This document shows, piece after piece, positions 38,634-48,101 of a stretch of DNA of 64,000 nt. Source of the DNA: Candidatus Latescibacterota bacterium (GTDB lineage: Bacteria; Latescibacterota; UBA2968; UBA8231); contig CBDAOB010000002.1 of NCBI GenBank assembly GCA_965197905.1, forward strand, positions 224,001 to 288,000. The letters run 5' to 3'. Both the position numbers and the translations under genes were made by a program. The notes beneath the pieces are model-generated. The model did no database searches and was not told the DNA's origin. It saw only the letters and a list, made by a program, of their open reading frames with translations. Each line of letters starts with the position of its first letter. Position 1 is the stretch's first letter.

Positions 38634-40592
38634 ATGCAGAAGTTACGCAGCTTGTTTCTTGGCATGGCAATAGTCGTGCTGGCTATTGGTGCTGTGGGCG
38701 CGGAGAACTTTCCGTCTTCTGCTCCGGTAGACGAAAATTTCGACTCGCAGGCCCGCGTGCCAGATCGCTCCGGTACCCCAAATCCGTTGCGTCTCACGAC
38801 CAATGACGTGTCGTGGAACGGAAGCGGCCCCGTGGGCATCAGTTTCAATATGAACCAGCGCGCCCGCGTCTGGATTGCCATCTATGAAGTGGGTTCGGAT
38901 GCAACCGGTCCTTACGGTCCCAACGGCGCGGTCGCTCGCGCGGTGCCGCAGGACAGGTTCGTTGCTGTGTTCCCCCCTGGTGGTGCCGATTTCGAAGCCG
39001 GTAACAGCACCATCACCTGGGATGGTCGCGACTGGGAAGGCAATGCCGCCGGCGCTGGCAGCTATTCGTTCGACGTCATCGCCTTCAACCTTCTCGATCC
39101 CGCGACGTTGATGTATGGTGGAAATGGCCAGTTCGACGACCACGAAATCGACATGCGCGACCAGACGGTGTGGACGCATCGGCAGGGTCGGTTCAGGGAA
39201 GCTACTGGCGACGGCCCCCAGAATGTACAAGTCTTCAAGCTGGGCACCGACTACATCGCCAATCCCACCGCCTATGACACTTGGGATGCCAGCGCTGTGT
39301 GGGAGGTCACGGAAGAGGCCGGCAGCCGCGGTGGCCCGAAGCCCGATCCCGAGGATCCCAACATCATCTACCTGGTCAACTCCAACTGGGACAATGAGTT
39401 CACCGGTATTTACAAGGCGCGCAAGAACGAGGCGGCCAAGAGCCTGGAGCGGGTGACGGAATGGGGCGCCAACGGTTTTGCAGACGTGCCCGGGCCGACC
39501 ACCGAGAACGCCATGCAGATATTGGTCTACAACGACCAGATCATCTCGCCCAACTGGTCTCAGGCCGATCCGCCGGCCAGTGGCCTGAATTTCTGGGACA
39601 AGGGCTCCGGTGAGTTCCTCAAGTCGTTCGATGTCCGCGAATTCTTCCTGCGCTGGCGCGTCGATGACAATGGCAACCAGACCTTCAGTGGCGGCGGACC
39701 GTCTTCTGTTTCAGCCGATGACACCGGTCTGTGGCTTTGCGGTTGGAGGTCGACCTCGATCATCAAGTTGGACTGGGACGGCAATCTCATCTGGTTCAAT
39801 GGTCCCGGCGATCTCTACTCCGACCAGTTCTCCGAAGAGCGCGCTACGGCTCTCGGCCTTACCGGTCCGGCCGCGGGGGGCTCGTTTCAGCTGTCCATCC
39901 GCATAACCAACGACCGCTCGGGACACCTTGCCGTGTACAGCCCGCGCCACAATCAGTTCGGCAATCAGTACTCGGCGCTGGGTCGCGACGGTTCGGGCGT
40001 CTTGCGGCTGTTCATGGATCATACCAAGATGGGTCCGTTCAAGGCCTCTCTCGGTACCCACATCTCCTGGGTCGATGAGAACCAGGGCCGGGTGAACGGC
40101 CATTGGATCGGTCCGGATCGGCGGCCCGGCCCGTTCGACGGCATCTACCTGGACGCCAAGTGGGAACTTGAGGTCAATGGTCCGGCGCCAGAGCGCGAAT
40201 CCAGCGAGATTCGCGGGATGGAGCAGAAGTTTCACGTACCGTTCGATCTGGCCGTAGGTCGTCTGGGTGCTGGCGTAACCGCAGTCGAAGCCGACGCCAG
40301 CGCGGGCACGCCCGACAGCCATGCGCTGAGCGAGGCGTATCCCAACCCGTTCAATCCCGAGACCATCATCGATTTCAGCGTGCCGACGGACGGCCACGTT
40401 TCGATCAACGTGTTCAACACAGCTGGTCAGCTCGTGGCCACGCTGGTCGACAAAGAGCTGAGTGCAGGTGCGTACAAGTCGACTTGGGATGCCCGTGACA
40501 CACAGGGTCAACTGGTGTCGAGCGGTGTTTACTTCTATCGAATGGAAGCTGGGGATTTCTCCGCCACGCATTCGATGACCTTGCTGAAGTAA
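38634..40592 (+). CDS. Secreted protein with an N-terminal FlgD-like Ig domain, a central propeller-like region and a C-terminal FlgD-Ig/T9SS type-A-like sorting domain
   Basis: AAGGAG Shine-Dalgarno and signal peptide. ITWDGRDWEGN...GSY in the N-terminal part; YPNPFNPET.I.F, WDARD..G.LVSSGVYFYRM and MTLLK at the C-terminus. Confidence 0.85.
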   Translation: MQKLRSLFLGMAIVVLAIGAVGAENFPSSAPVDENFDSQARVPDRSGTPNPLRLTTNDVSWNGSGPVGISFNMNQRARVWIAIYEVGSDATGPYGPNGAVARAVPQDRFVAVFPPGGADFEAGNSTITWDGRDWEGNAAGAGSYSFDVIAFNLLDPATLMYGGNGQFDDHEIDMRDQTVWTHRQGRFREATGDGPQNVQVFKLGTDYIANPTAYDTWDASAVWEVTEEAGSRGGPKPDPEDPNIIYLVNSNWDNEFTGIYKARKNEAAKSLERVTEWGANGFADVPGPTTENAMQILVYNDQIISPNWSQADPPASGLNFWDKGSGEFLKSFDVREFFLRWRVDDNGNQTFSGGGPSSVSADDTGLWLCGWRSTSIIKLDWDGNLIWFNGPGDLYSDQFSEERATALGLTGPAAGGSFQLSIRITNDRSGHLAVYSPRHNQFGNQYSALGRDGSGVLRLFMDHTKMGPFKASLGTHISWVDENQGRVNGHWIGPDRRPGPFDGIYLDAKWELEVNGPAPERESSEIRGMEQKFHVPFDLAVGRLGAGVTAVEADASAGTPDSHALSEAYPNPFNPETIIDFSVPTDGHVSINVFNTAGQLVATLVDKELSAGAYKSTWDARDTQGQLVSSGVYFYRMEAGDFSATHSMTLLK

Positions 40593-40621
40593 GCTCGACC
40601 AGTTCAGCAGTTTGATTGATT

Positions 40622-40659
40622 GTAAGGGGGTAGATTGTGAAATCTACCCCCTTACTTTT
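40622..40659 (+). terminator. Rho-independent terminator between convergent genes
   Basis: Perfect 15-bp stem GTAAGGGGGTAGATT / AATCTACCCCCTTAC with a GTGA loop, followed by TTTT. Confidence 0.9.
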
Positions 40660-40690
40660 GTGCCTGCTGGCGAGACGGCACTCGCGTGCC

Positions 40691-43675
40691 TCAAATCGGT
40701 CGTCCGAATTCCGTAAATCCTACGAGCACCCTCACGAAGAACGTTTGCGCGTGGATGTCGCGGTCGTCTCGAAATGTTGAGTCGTACTTGATTCTGTCGG
40801 AGTTCAGCCCGACAAAGGTCACGAGGTCGTAGCCAAAATAACGCGAGCTGTTGGTGAGAGAAACGAAAGCGGTGCGCTGCTCAAAGCTGTTGCGTTTTGA
40901 GGTGTCGTCCCGGCGCCGATAGGGAATGGGTCCTATGCCTTGAAATCCGATGCGCAGGTGTGTCCTGGTGAGGAGCGGATATTCAACGCGTAGAATCGGG
41001 ATAGAGCGCAGCTCCGACTGCAGCCGCACATCGCGCTCCCGATCCACCTGACGCAACAGCATGAGCTTGTACTGGGGGGTAACCTCCAACTGGCCCCAAT
41101 GCCAGACGTACTGGATGCGACTGGCCGAGGTCCAGAAATCGACCCGGCGCTGGCGCTGGAAGATGCCGTTTTGCTTGCCGCCTTGCTGCCAGTTGAACCG
41201 TCCGCGCAGCTTCTGCACGATCTCCAGGGATGACCACGGCAAAACGCGGCCTTGCAGGTAGGTGTCGCTGACGATGCTGTCGCGGTAGAACAGTTGATCG
41301 GGCAGGAACTCCACTACCATGTGCACCGGCAGGCCAAAGCCCTGGAGGACGGGCCGGCTGTAGGCAATGCCGCGGCCGCCAAAGCGGACATCGCGCTGTC
41401 CGGCGTCATCGTCGAACACCATGATCTCATCGGCGATGTCGTCTTGCACCTGGCGCACATTGCTCTCGAAAAACAGGTTTCTGAGCCTTCCCCTGCCCTG
41501 GCGCCGATAACTCAACAGAGCATAGGTTGAGCGGTTGTGCCCGCTGCCGGCAATTTCCTCGATGTCGTAACGGCCGGCGGCGGCGGACCAGTGTGGCGTC
41601 AGATGCCACTGCCCGAACAGGTGGTAGCCGCCCTCGTCGTGCTCGTAGGGGTAGTCCACTTCGGCGTCGTCCTCGCGCTGGTCCGGATCGTCATTGTTGT
41701 TGCGGTCCAAACCATACACGTAACTATTGGGCTCCACATCGAACATTAAAAACGGCTCCTCGTAGTCGGGCAGCCGGTTCAGATTGCGATTAGTATCCGG
41801 GGCGCCATCGTTGTCCGCGTCCTGATTCACAAAGACCCCGTCGAGGTCGGTGCCTACGCGATCGGGTGGTATGCCCACGGCGTTGCCGTATTTGATGTCC
41901 GGGTAGCGATCGCCGTCGTCGTTGTCATCCACCGTCTTCCAGTACATGGTGCTGTTGAGCACCATGTCGAGATGGCCCATCCACAAGCTGGATTCACTAT
42001 GCAGAAAAGAGCGCATCTCGGTCTGGAAATCGGGATTGATGGAAAACAGCTCGGCGCCGAGCCTTCCGCGGCCAAAGCGTCGGACGACGTTGAGGAAGTA
42101 AGCCCCCCCGCGATCGGCAAAACGGGGTGCATCGTCGAACGCCGCCTCTCCGCCGACGCGCGCGGGATAGCGCGAATAGACGCTCGAACGGGCGTACTCG
42201 GCGGAAATCTCCAGACTCTTCAGCTCCAGAAGGACGTCGGCACTGTAGACAAAATTGCCGGTGTGTTCCCCCACGTTGAATCGCACCCGGCGCAGATTCG
42301 TGAGATCCCGAACATTGCCCCTGGCACGCCGCACCGTCTGGTAATAGGTGCCCGAGAAGCGGTCGGCGTAGAAGTTGGCAGTTTCGGACTTGGTGTACAA
42401 CGTTGCCACGTCCACCAGGTAGTCGTTCCCCAACAAAGCCTCCACAGCCACTGATTGGACGTCAGGTTCGCGGGAAACGTCGAATAGAAATACGATCTGC
42501 GTCTCGCCATCTGCCTGCAGCATGCTCTGCGGTGACTCCACCGTATAGAGAGTCTCGAGGCCGGGAATATTGGCCTGTTTCCCGACATCGACGCCGGCCT
42601 CGTGATCCAACCGCGCCAGGTAGTCCGCAAACCGCGGGAAATCACGATCGCGGTAGTAGAACTCGTTGAAGGCCGGGGTGCTGGCCTCGGAGGCGGTGAA
42701 TAGGTCGTAGGCCAGCGGGGTGAAGGCCCCCGTGACCGCCGAGACGAATCCCACCTGAATCGGCGGCTTGCCCAGATGGCTGATCACCTGGGGCACGAGG
42801 TCGGGCCGCGCCTGGTCATTGATCACCAGCTGAAGATCCTGCACCGCCGCGCCGCCAACGCCATCACCGGGCGACTCGTCTCTGAAGCGCACGATGATCC
42901 AGTCCATCGTGGGTTGATCCGGCTTCAGTCTTCCCTTAAGACTATTTCCGGTGGTCCTCGTGCTCTGGTAAACGTGTTGATTTACCCAGTTCAAGCCCAG
43001 GTGCAACCCACCGAAGTCCGCCTGGGCGCGCGTACCCATGAGCATGGTAGAATCATCCGAAAAGTGGTCCCGCGGCTGAAATGGCTCTGTGATGTACCTG
43101 CCGGTGACGGCGTCCTTGGGCCGCTCCTGTCGCGAGGCGACACCGGTGAATTTCAGATGGGTCGTCGACAGGTCGAACCGCATGCCGTTGAAATTCACCT
43201 TCGACAGGGTCAGTGGCGTGAAGCGCGCTTGCATCGCGTCGCCGACAATCAGGTGATAGCCCCAGCTGCCGTGGCCGTCGCGTGCGGCTACCACATTGTC
43301 GAACGCGTTGGGCCACGAACCACCGGAGGCATCTGCACCAGAATCCTTGAAAATGGAGCTGCCAAACTTTCGCCCCTCGGTGCGGACTTCGTTCCAGCCA
43401 TACAGATCATAGCCGGTAACGAGATGGTTGCCGAGGGGGTCGAATTGGGCTTTGGGGTTGTCCCAATATGGGAAGGTGTGGTTGAGGTAATTCTCGTAGT
43501 GCTCTAGAGCATAGTTGGCGTACGAGGTCCGCTGCAGGCGCAAGTACGGCCGCGGTTGATCCACCTCTTGGAGCGGAAGATCACTGCCATTCGCCGCACT
43601 ACCCCCAATGACCAGCGCCAACAGGACGGTCCGATGCGTCCGCCACAGCTGCTCTGTTATCATAGTTCGGACCAT
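40691..43675 (-). CDS. Large secreted hypothetical protein, putative outer-membrane beta-barrel (paralog C, recent duplicate of B)
   Basis: Colinear with paralog B, with long identical peptide and nucleotide tracts; ends TFFVRVLVGFTEFGRPI. Confidence 0.78.
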   Translation of the reverse strand: MVRTMITEQLWRTHRTVLLALVIGGSAANGSDLPLQEVDQPRPYLRLQRTSYANYALEHYENYLNHTFPYWDNPKAQFDPLGNHLVTGYDLYGWNEVRTEGRKFGSSIFKDSGADASGGSWPNAFDNVVAARDGHGSWGYHLIVGDAMQARFTPLTLSKVNFNGMRFDLSTTHLKFTGVASRQERPKDAVTGRYITEPFQPRDHFSDDSTMLMGTRAQADFGGLHLGLNWVNQHVYQSTRTTGNSLKGRLKPDQPTMDWIIVRFRDESPGDGVGGAAVQDLQLVINDQARPDLVPQVISHLGKPPIQVGFVSAVTGAFTPLAYDLFTASEASTPAFNEFYYRDRDFPRFADYLARLDHEAGVDVGKQANIPGLETLYTVESPQSMLQADGETQIVFLFDVSREPDVQSVAVEALLGNDYLVDVATLYTKSETANFYADRFSGTYYQTVRRARGNVRDLTNLRRVRFNVGEHTGNFVYSADVLLELKSLEISAEYARSSVYSRYPARVGGEAAFDDAPRFADRGGAYFLNVVRRFGRGRLGAELFSINPDFQTEMRSFLHSESSLWMGHLDMVLNSTMYWKTVDDNDDGDRYPDIKYGNAVGIPPDRVGTDLDGVFVNQDADNDGAPDTNRNLNRLPDYEEPFLMFDVEPNSYVYGLDRNNNDDPDQREDDAEVDYPYEHDEGGYHLFGQWHLTPHWSAAAGRYDIEEIAGSGHNRSTYALLSYRRQGRGRLRNLFFESNVRQVQDDIADEIMVFDDDAGQRDVRFGGRGIAYSRPVLQGFGLPVHMVVEFLPDQLFYRDSIVSDTYLQGRVLPWSSLEIVQKLRGRFNWQQGGKQNGIFQRQRRVDFWTSASRIQYVWHWGQLEVTPQYKLMLLRQVDRERDVRLQSELRSIPILRVEYPLLTRTHLRIGFQGIGPIPYRRRDDTSKRNSFEQRTAFVSLTNSSRYFGYDLVTFVGLNSDRIKYDSTFRDDRDIHAQTFFVRVLVGFTEFGRPI

Positions 43676-43903
43676 GGATCGTCTTTCCTAATTCGCTACT
43701 CGATTTTGAGGTGACTGACTGTGGCCTAGAAGACCATTCTTGTGCGTCACGCGAGCATCTCCGGCCTCAACAATAACGAAAGCGACTCGCGCGAGACAAG
43801 CAAATAACGTCTGATACCCGTTGTATTGGGCTGTAATTTTCCTACGTTGGAACCGAATCAACATCCTGTCGTGACGTCCCATCCTAATCAGAGAGGATTG
43901 GTA

Positions 43904-44479
43904 ATGAGATTCACCAGTTTGGTTCTTTTTTTAGCCGTCGCGGTATTGGGCATCGGGGATGTTGCCAGGGGACAGGAATGGGTGCCGTATGTAGGCGAAA
44001 TGCCGGCAAATGCCTTCATGCCTACCCGTGACAATCCCAGCGCGGGCGCGATCTGTCGAATGACGGGACCATCCGACGTTTCGCAGAAGCATTTACTCGG
44101 TTCAGTCCACGAAAAAGAGGGCGAATTAGTCTGCCGTGGCGTCACGTATCCTACTGGCAAATACACTCTGGAAAGCGGCAGCAGAATTATCGCCGATCCA
44201 CAATTTGACGTGCTTGTCGTGGATCTACTAGCAGCGGTGCAGCGGGGACCGGCAGGCATGGCGCCTGAGACGAAGGTAGATGCGGCAGGCGAATGTCCGT
44301 GGGAGACCCATTACGCGGGGCATTTGTTTTGTGAGGGGTCGGTCCAGTGGGAGAATCTCAAACCTAAAGTGGGTGTTGAGGAAATCTGGCAAGGCCTATT
44401 GTGTGTTCGGGCGTTGCAAGACTGCGGGGAAAGAGGGGGAAACGGCAGCGTGGTCTGTCGGAGATGGGATGAAGAGTGA
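43904..44479 (+). CDS. Small secreted Cys-containing hypothetical protein (weakly DM9/DUF3421-like N-terminal part)
   Basis: GAGG Shine-Dalgarno, signal peptide MRFTSLVLFLAVAV, then WVPY.G.MPANA..ICR..G.V..C..FDVLV. Confidence 0.6.
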   Translation: MRFTSLVLFLAVAVLGIGDVARGQEWVPYVGEMPANAFMPTRDNPSAGAICRMTGPSDVSQKHLLGSVHEKEGELVCRGVTYPTGKYTLESGSRIIADPQFDVLVVDLLAAVQRGPAGMAPETKVDAAGECPWETHYAGHLFCEGSVQWENLKPKVGVEEIWQGLLCVRALQDCGERGGNGSVVCRRWDEE

Positions 44480-44550
44480 GCGAGAAGGAGGCGAAACTCG
44501 ACCCCCAGGCGCTTTCGGACTTTCGGGTCACAAGAAATCGCGGAGTCCTC

Positions 44551-46401
44551 TCACATCCGACTCTGCGCTCCGGAGATTTCGCCTTCGATGACCGTCACCG
44601 TCTGATCGGCGCGCACATCGAGCATCAGATCAGCGGTGCCACCGGGCCAGCCAATCTCCAGACTGTCCACCTGTGTAGCCGTTCCGAGGCCGAAGAGCTC
44701 CTCGCCTAGCGCGTGCTGTGAATAATAGGAGGAGGTGGCTCCCACCTCGCGGTGGAATTCCCGCTCGCCCACCACCGCGCGCAACCTGACATTCAGACCA
44801 TCCCGATTACTGTCGCGCCCCTGCAGGCGTACCTTGAGCCAGTGGTTGCGTGGCGGAGCGTCGTTGCGCAGCAATTGAGCCATGCCGCCATTGACCACAA
44901 CTAAAGCGTCGGCGTCACCATCGTTATCGTAGTCCCCTACAGCCAGGCCGCGTCCTACCTCTTTTCTTTTGAAAACCTCCCCGCTGCCCAACCCCACCTC
45001 GAAGAAACCTTCGCGTTGTCCTTTGTTCCAAAACAGCAGATTGCGCATGGGGATCAGTAGAGTCGGATCGTCGCTCCGCTGCATGGTGCTGCCATTGACC
45101 ACCAGAATGTCCTGCTTGCCGTCGTTGTCATAATCGAGAAATGCCGTCCCCCAGCCAATGTAGTTGCCGGATATCTGGCCCAGACCTATCTGGTCACCGA
45201 TCTCCATGAAGCGCAGCCTCCCGCCCTGCGTGTTCATGCCTGCTTCAGCGTACTCCTGCGTCATATTGTTGTAGAACGAGTTCTCCTGGGCGACCCAATT
45301 GGTGACGAGGAGATCCTGGTCGCCGTCGGCATCCCAGTCGGCTACGGCCAGACCCATGCCGCCGCGGTAGTCGGCGACCCAGGCGCTGTGGCTGATATCG
45401 GCGAAACTTCCGTTGGCCTGGTTGAGAAAAAGGGCGTTCTCGGACACGTCGTTGGCGACGTAAAGGTCGATCCAACCGTCGTTGTCAAAGTCGCACCAGG
45501 AAGCGGAGAGGCTGCGGCCGGTACTGTTGGCTACGCCGGCCTCGCCGCCGCGCTCGGTGAATTTCACGCCGTCGTTGCGGTAGAGAAGATTCTGCTCCGG
45601 GCTGTAGGTGGCGGGATTCAGGGAGGCGCGAATCAGGGCACCGTACTGCTTCGTTTCGGCCTGCACGTGAGCCGGATCGAAGTGGTATTTGACGTAGCCG
45701 GCCACGTAGAGGTCGAGATCGCCGTCGCGATCGTAGTCGCCCCACGAGGCTCCGGCCCAGAAGCCCTGTTTCGCTCCGATTCCAGCAGTTGCGGTGATGT
45801 CGGCAAACGTTCCATCGCCGCGACTGCGGTAGAGCAAGTTCTCGCCATAGTTGGTCACGACCAGATCGACAAAACCATCGTTGTCGTAGTCACCCCAGGC
45901 GGCAGCCTGACCGTAGCCCCGATAGTCGACACCGGCGGCTTCCGCCACTTCTACAAAGCCACCTGATCCTTCGTTGTGGTAGAGGGAATTGTGGGCTGGT
46001 GACATCGCCAGCTCCGCCGCGTCCATGGTCAGAGGGCCCGCCATGTTGACGGTGTAGAGGTCCAGGAGGCCATCGTTGTCATAGTCAGCCCACGCAGCGC
46101 CGGAGCCCATATCTTCGGGCAGCTGCATAGAGCGCGTGCCGTGGAAGTGCTGGAAATCGATACCCGCTTCCCGTGCCACTTCAACGAACTCGATCCTCGG
46201 ATAGTCCGGGGGAAGCGACCGATCGTCGGTGAGCGCTTCGATTTTTTCGCCGGGGCTGTACGGTTTGGGAGCTGGTTGGTCAGAGCGGTTGAGCAGCAGC
46301 ATCGCCGCTACCGCCAGAAGTGCGCCCACGCTGACTGCAACCGTGAGCACCACCAATCGCTGGCGACGCGACCGCGTTCCGGGCATGTCCGTATTCGTCA
46401 T
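44551..46401 (-). CDS. CRTAC1-family (FG-GAP plus ASPIC-UnbV) protein with an N-terminal membrane anchor
   Basis: EDMGSGAAWADYDNDG, many DxDxDG repeats, GRGLAVGDYDNDGD, FGLG...VDSLEI.WP.G. Confidence 0.92.
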   Translation of the reverse strand: MTNTDMPGTRSRRQRLVVLTVAVSVGALLAVAAMLLLNRSDQPAPKPYSPGEKIEALTDDRSLPPDYPRIEFVEVAREAGIDFQHFHGTRSMQLPEDMGSGAAWADYDNDGLLDLYTVNMAGPLTMDAAELAMSPAHNSLYHNEGSGGFVEVAEAAGVDYRGYGQAAAWGDYDNDGFVDLVVTNYGENLLYRSRGDGTFADITATAGIGAKQGFWAGASWGDYDRDGDLDLYVAGYVKYHFDPAHVQAETKQYGALIRASLNPATYSPEQNLLYRNDGVKFTERGGEAGVANSTGRSLSASWCDFDNDGWIDLYVANDVSENALFLNQANGSFADISHSAWVADYRGGMGLAVADWDADGDQDLLVTNWVAQENSFYNNMTQEYAEAGMNTQGGRLRFMEIGDQIGLGQISGNYIGWGTAFLDYDNDGKQDILVVNGSTMQRSDDPTLLIPMRNLLFWNKGQREGFFEVGLGSGEVFKRKEVGRGLAVGDYDNDGDADALVVVNGGMAQLLRNDAPPRNHWLKVRLQGRDSNRDGLNVRLRAVVGEREFHREVGATSSYYSQHALGEELFGLGTATQVDSLEIGWPGGTADLMLDVRADQTVTVIEGEISGAQSRM

Positions 46402-46598
46402 ATCACATCGGTCGACTCAGAGCGGGCGTCCGAACTCGGTGGAACAAATACGTAAGTGCCTGATTTAAAGCAATAGGGAAGCCGATGCGCGGCCACGTTG
46501 ACCTGCGACCCCTACACGCGTATGATGACGAACGGTGAGTTCGTAAGCGAGCCCCGCGGTATTGGTACCTGAAGAATCTTCGCAGGAGGAGCTCGACG

Positions 46599-48101
46599 AT
46601 GGCGCCACCAAACCTTCTTTTCATATACACCGACCAGCAAAGGTCAGACTCGCTCGCTGCCTACGGCAACGACCTGATCCAGATGCCGAACCTGAACAGG
46701 CTGGCCGAGGAGAGCGTCGTTTTCGAGCAAACCTATGTCGCCCAGCCAGTGTGCCAGCCTTCGCGCGCGACCATACAGACGGGTCTCTATCCCCATACGG
46801 CGGGCGTCACCACCGGCCACATCTACGATACCCTCAAAACAGAGACTCCCTGCCTGCCCGAGATGGTGGATAGTGATTACTACATCTGCGGTCACTACGG
46901 CAAATGGCACCTGGGTGACGATGTCTGGGCCCAGCACGGGTTTGACGATTGGATCAGTATCGAGGATATGCAACATCGCCCGGTCTATACTGAGGGCCGG
47001 GATTCGTTTCAGCACTGCAGCTATCACGATTTCGCGGTGGGCCAGGGTTATGAGCCGGACCAGGTAGCAGATGATGGGTTCCGGGCGTTCAGCTCCGGGT
47101 TTTGCGCGCGGCTGCCCGAGGAGTTCGGCAAACCGGCGTATCTTGCGCGCGAGGCATCGCGCTTTATCCGCGAGAACAAAGCTCGGCCCTTCGTCCTGTA
47201 TGTGAGCATCTTCGAGCCCCACCAACCGTATTTTGGACCCCGCGACGATCAGTACGACCCTGCGCAGATCGCCTTGCCCCCCAACTTCGCGAACCCACCG
47301 GGAGAGGATCAGGCACTCAAGGCTCGCGTCCTCTACCACTATTACAATGAGTGCGGATTCGGCGAGCGCGGATACAGCAACTCCGGCCTCAGTACGGAGC
47401 AGGACTGGCGGGGGTTGATCGCCAGGTATTGGGGGTTATGCAGTCTGGTGGACACCCATGTAGGCACGATCCTGGACACGTTGGATCAGTGCGGTTTGGC
47501 CGACGACACCATCGTCGTCTTCACCTCCGATCACGGCGACTTGATGGGTAGCCACCGGCTGCGTGGCAAAGGACTCATGTTCGAGGAGTCGGTGCGGGTG
47601 CCGTTGCTGATCCGTGTGCCCGGAGAAACCAGCAAGCACGTCAAAGGACCGGTAGGTCACGTGGATCTCATGCCCACGCTGCTGGATATGTTGGATCAGC
47701 AAATCCCCGATCATCTCCCGGGAAAGAGCTTGCTCCCCCTCATCCGGCAGGGCGGTATCCCGTCTGCCGACCGGGACGTGTTCATTGAGTGGCAGGGTCC
47801 GCAGCCGCCAGAAGATTTTGTTCCCAAAGCCATGAAGGGAATCGTTTCCGAGGAGGAGATCCGGGCAAGTACCCTCGACCAGGTGCGGACTATCGTGACG
47901 CCGGATGGCTGGAAGTTCACCTGCAGCCCGCTGGGGGAGCACGAACTCTACAATCTCGTGCAAGACCCTATCGAAACTCGAAACCTGGCGCGAAATTCAA
48001 CCTACCGCTCTCTCATCCGAGATCTCACCGCGCGCATACAGCGCTGGCAGGAGGAAACGGGCGACACCGTAGACCTGTCGTCGGCGAGCTACCTGAACTG
48101 A
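46599..48101 (+). CDS. Formylglycine-dependent sulfatase (Cys type, no signal peptide)
   Basis: PNLLFIYTDQQ, CQPSRA...TG, GKWHLG, EPH, FTSDHGD. Confidence 0.95.
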   Translation: MAPPNLLFIYTDQQRSDSLAAYGNDLIQMPNLNRLAEESVVFEQTYVAQPVCQPSRATIQTGLYPHTAGVTTGHIYDTLKTETPCLPEMVDSDYYICGHYGKWHLGDDVWAQHGFDDWISIEDMQHRPVYTEGRDSFQHCSYHDFAVGQGYEPDQVADDGFRAFSSGFCARLPEEFGKPAYLAREASRFIRENKARPFVLYVSIFEPHQPYFGPRDDQYDPAQIALPPNFANPPGEDQALKARVLYHYYNECGFGERGYSNSGLSTEQDWRGLIARYWGLCSLVDTHVGTILDTLDQCGLADDTIVVFTSDHGDLMGSHRLRGKGLMFEESVRVPLLIRVPGETSKHVKGPVGHVDLMPTLLDMLDQQIPDHLPGKSLLPLIRQGGIPSADRDVFIEWQGPQPPEDFVPKAMKGIVSEEEIRASTLDQVRTIVTPDGWKFTCSPLGEHELYNLVQDPIETRNLARNSTYRSLIRDLTARIQRWQEETGDTVDLSSASYLN

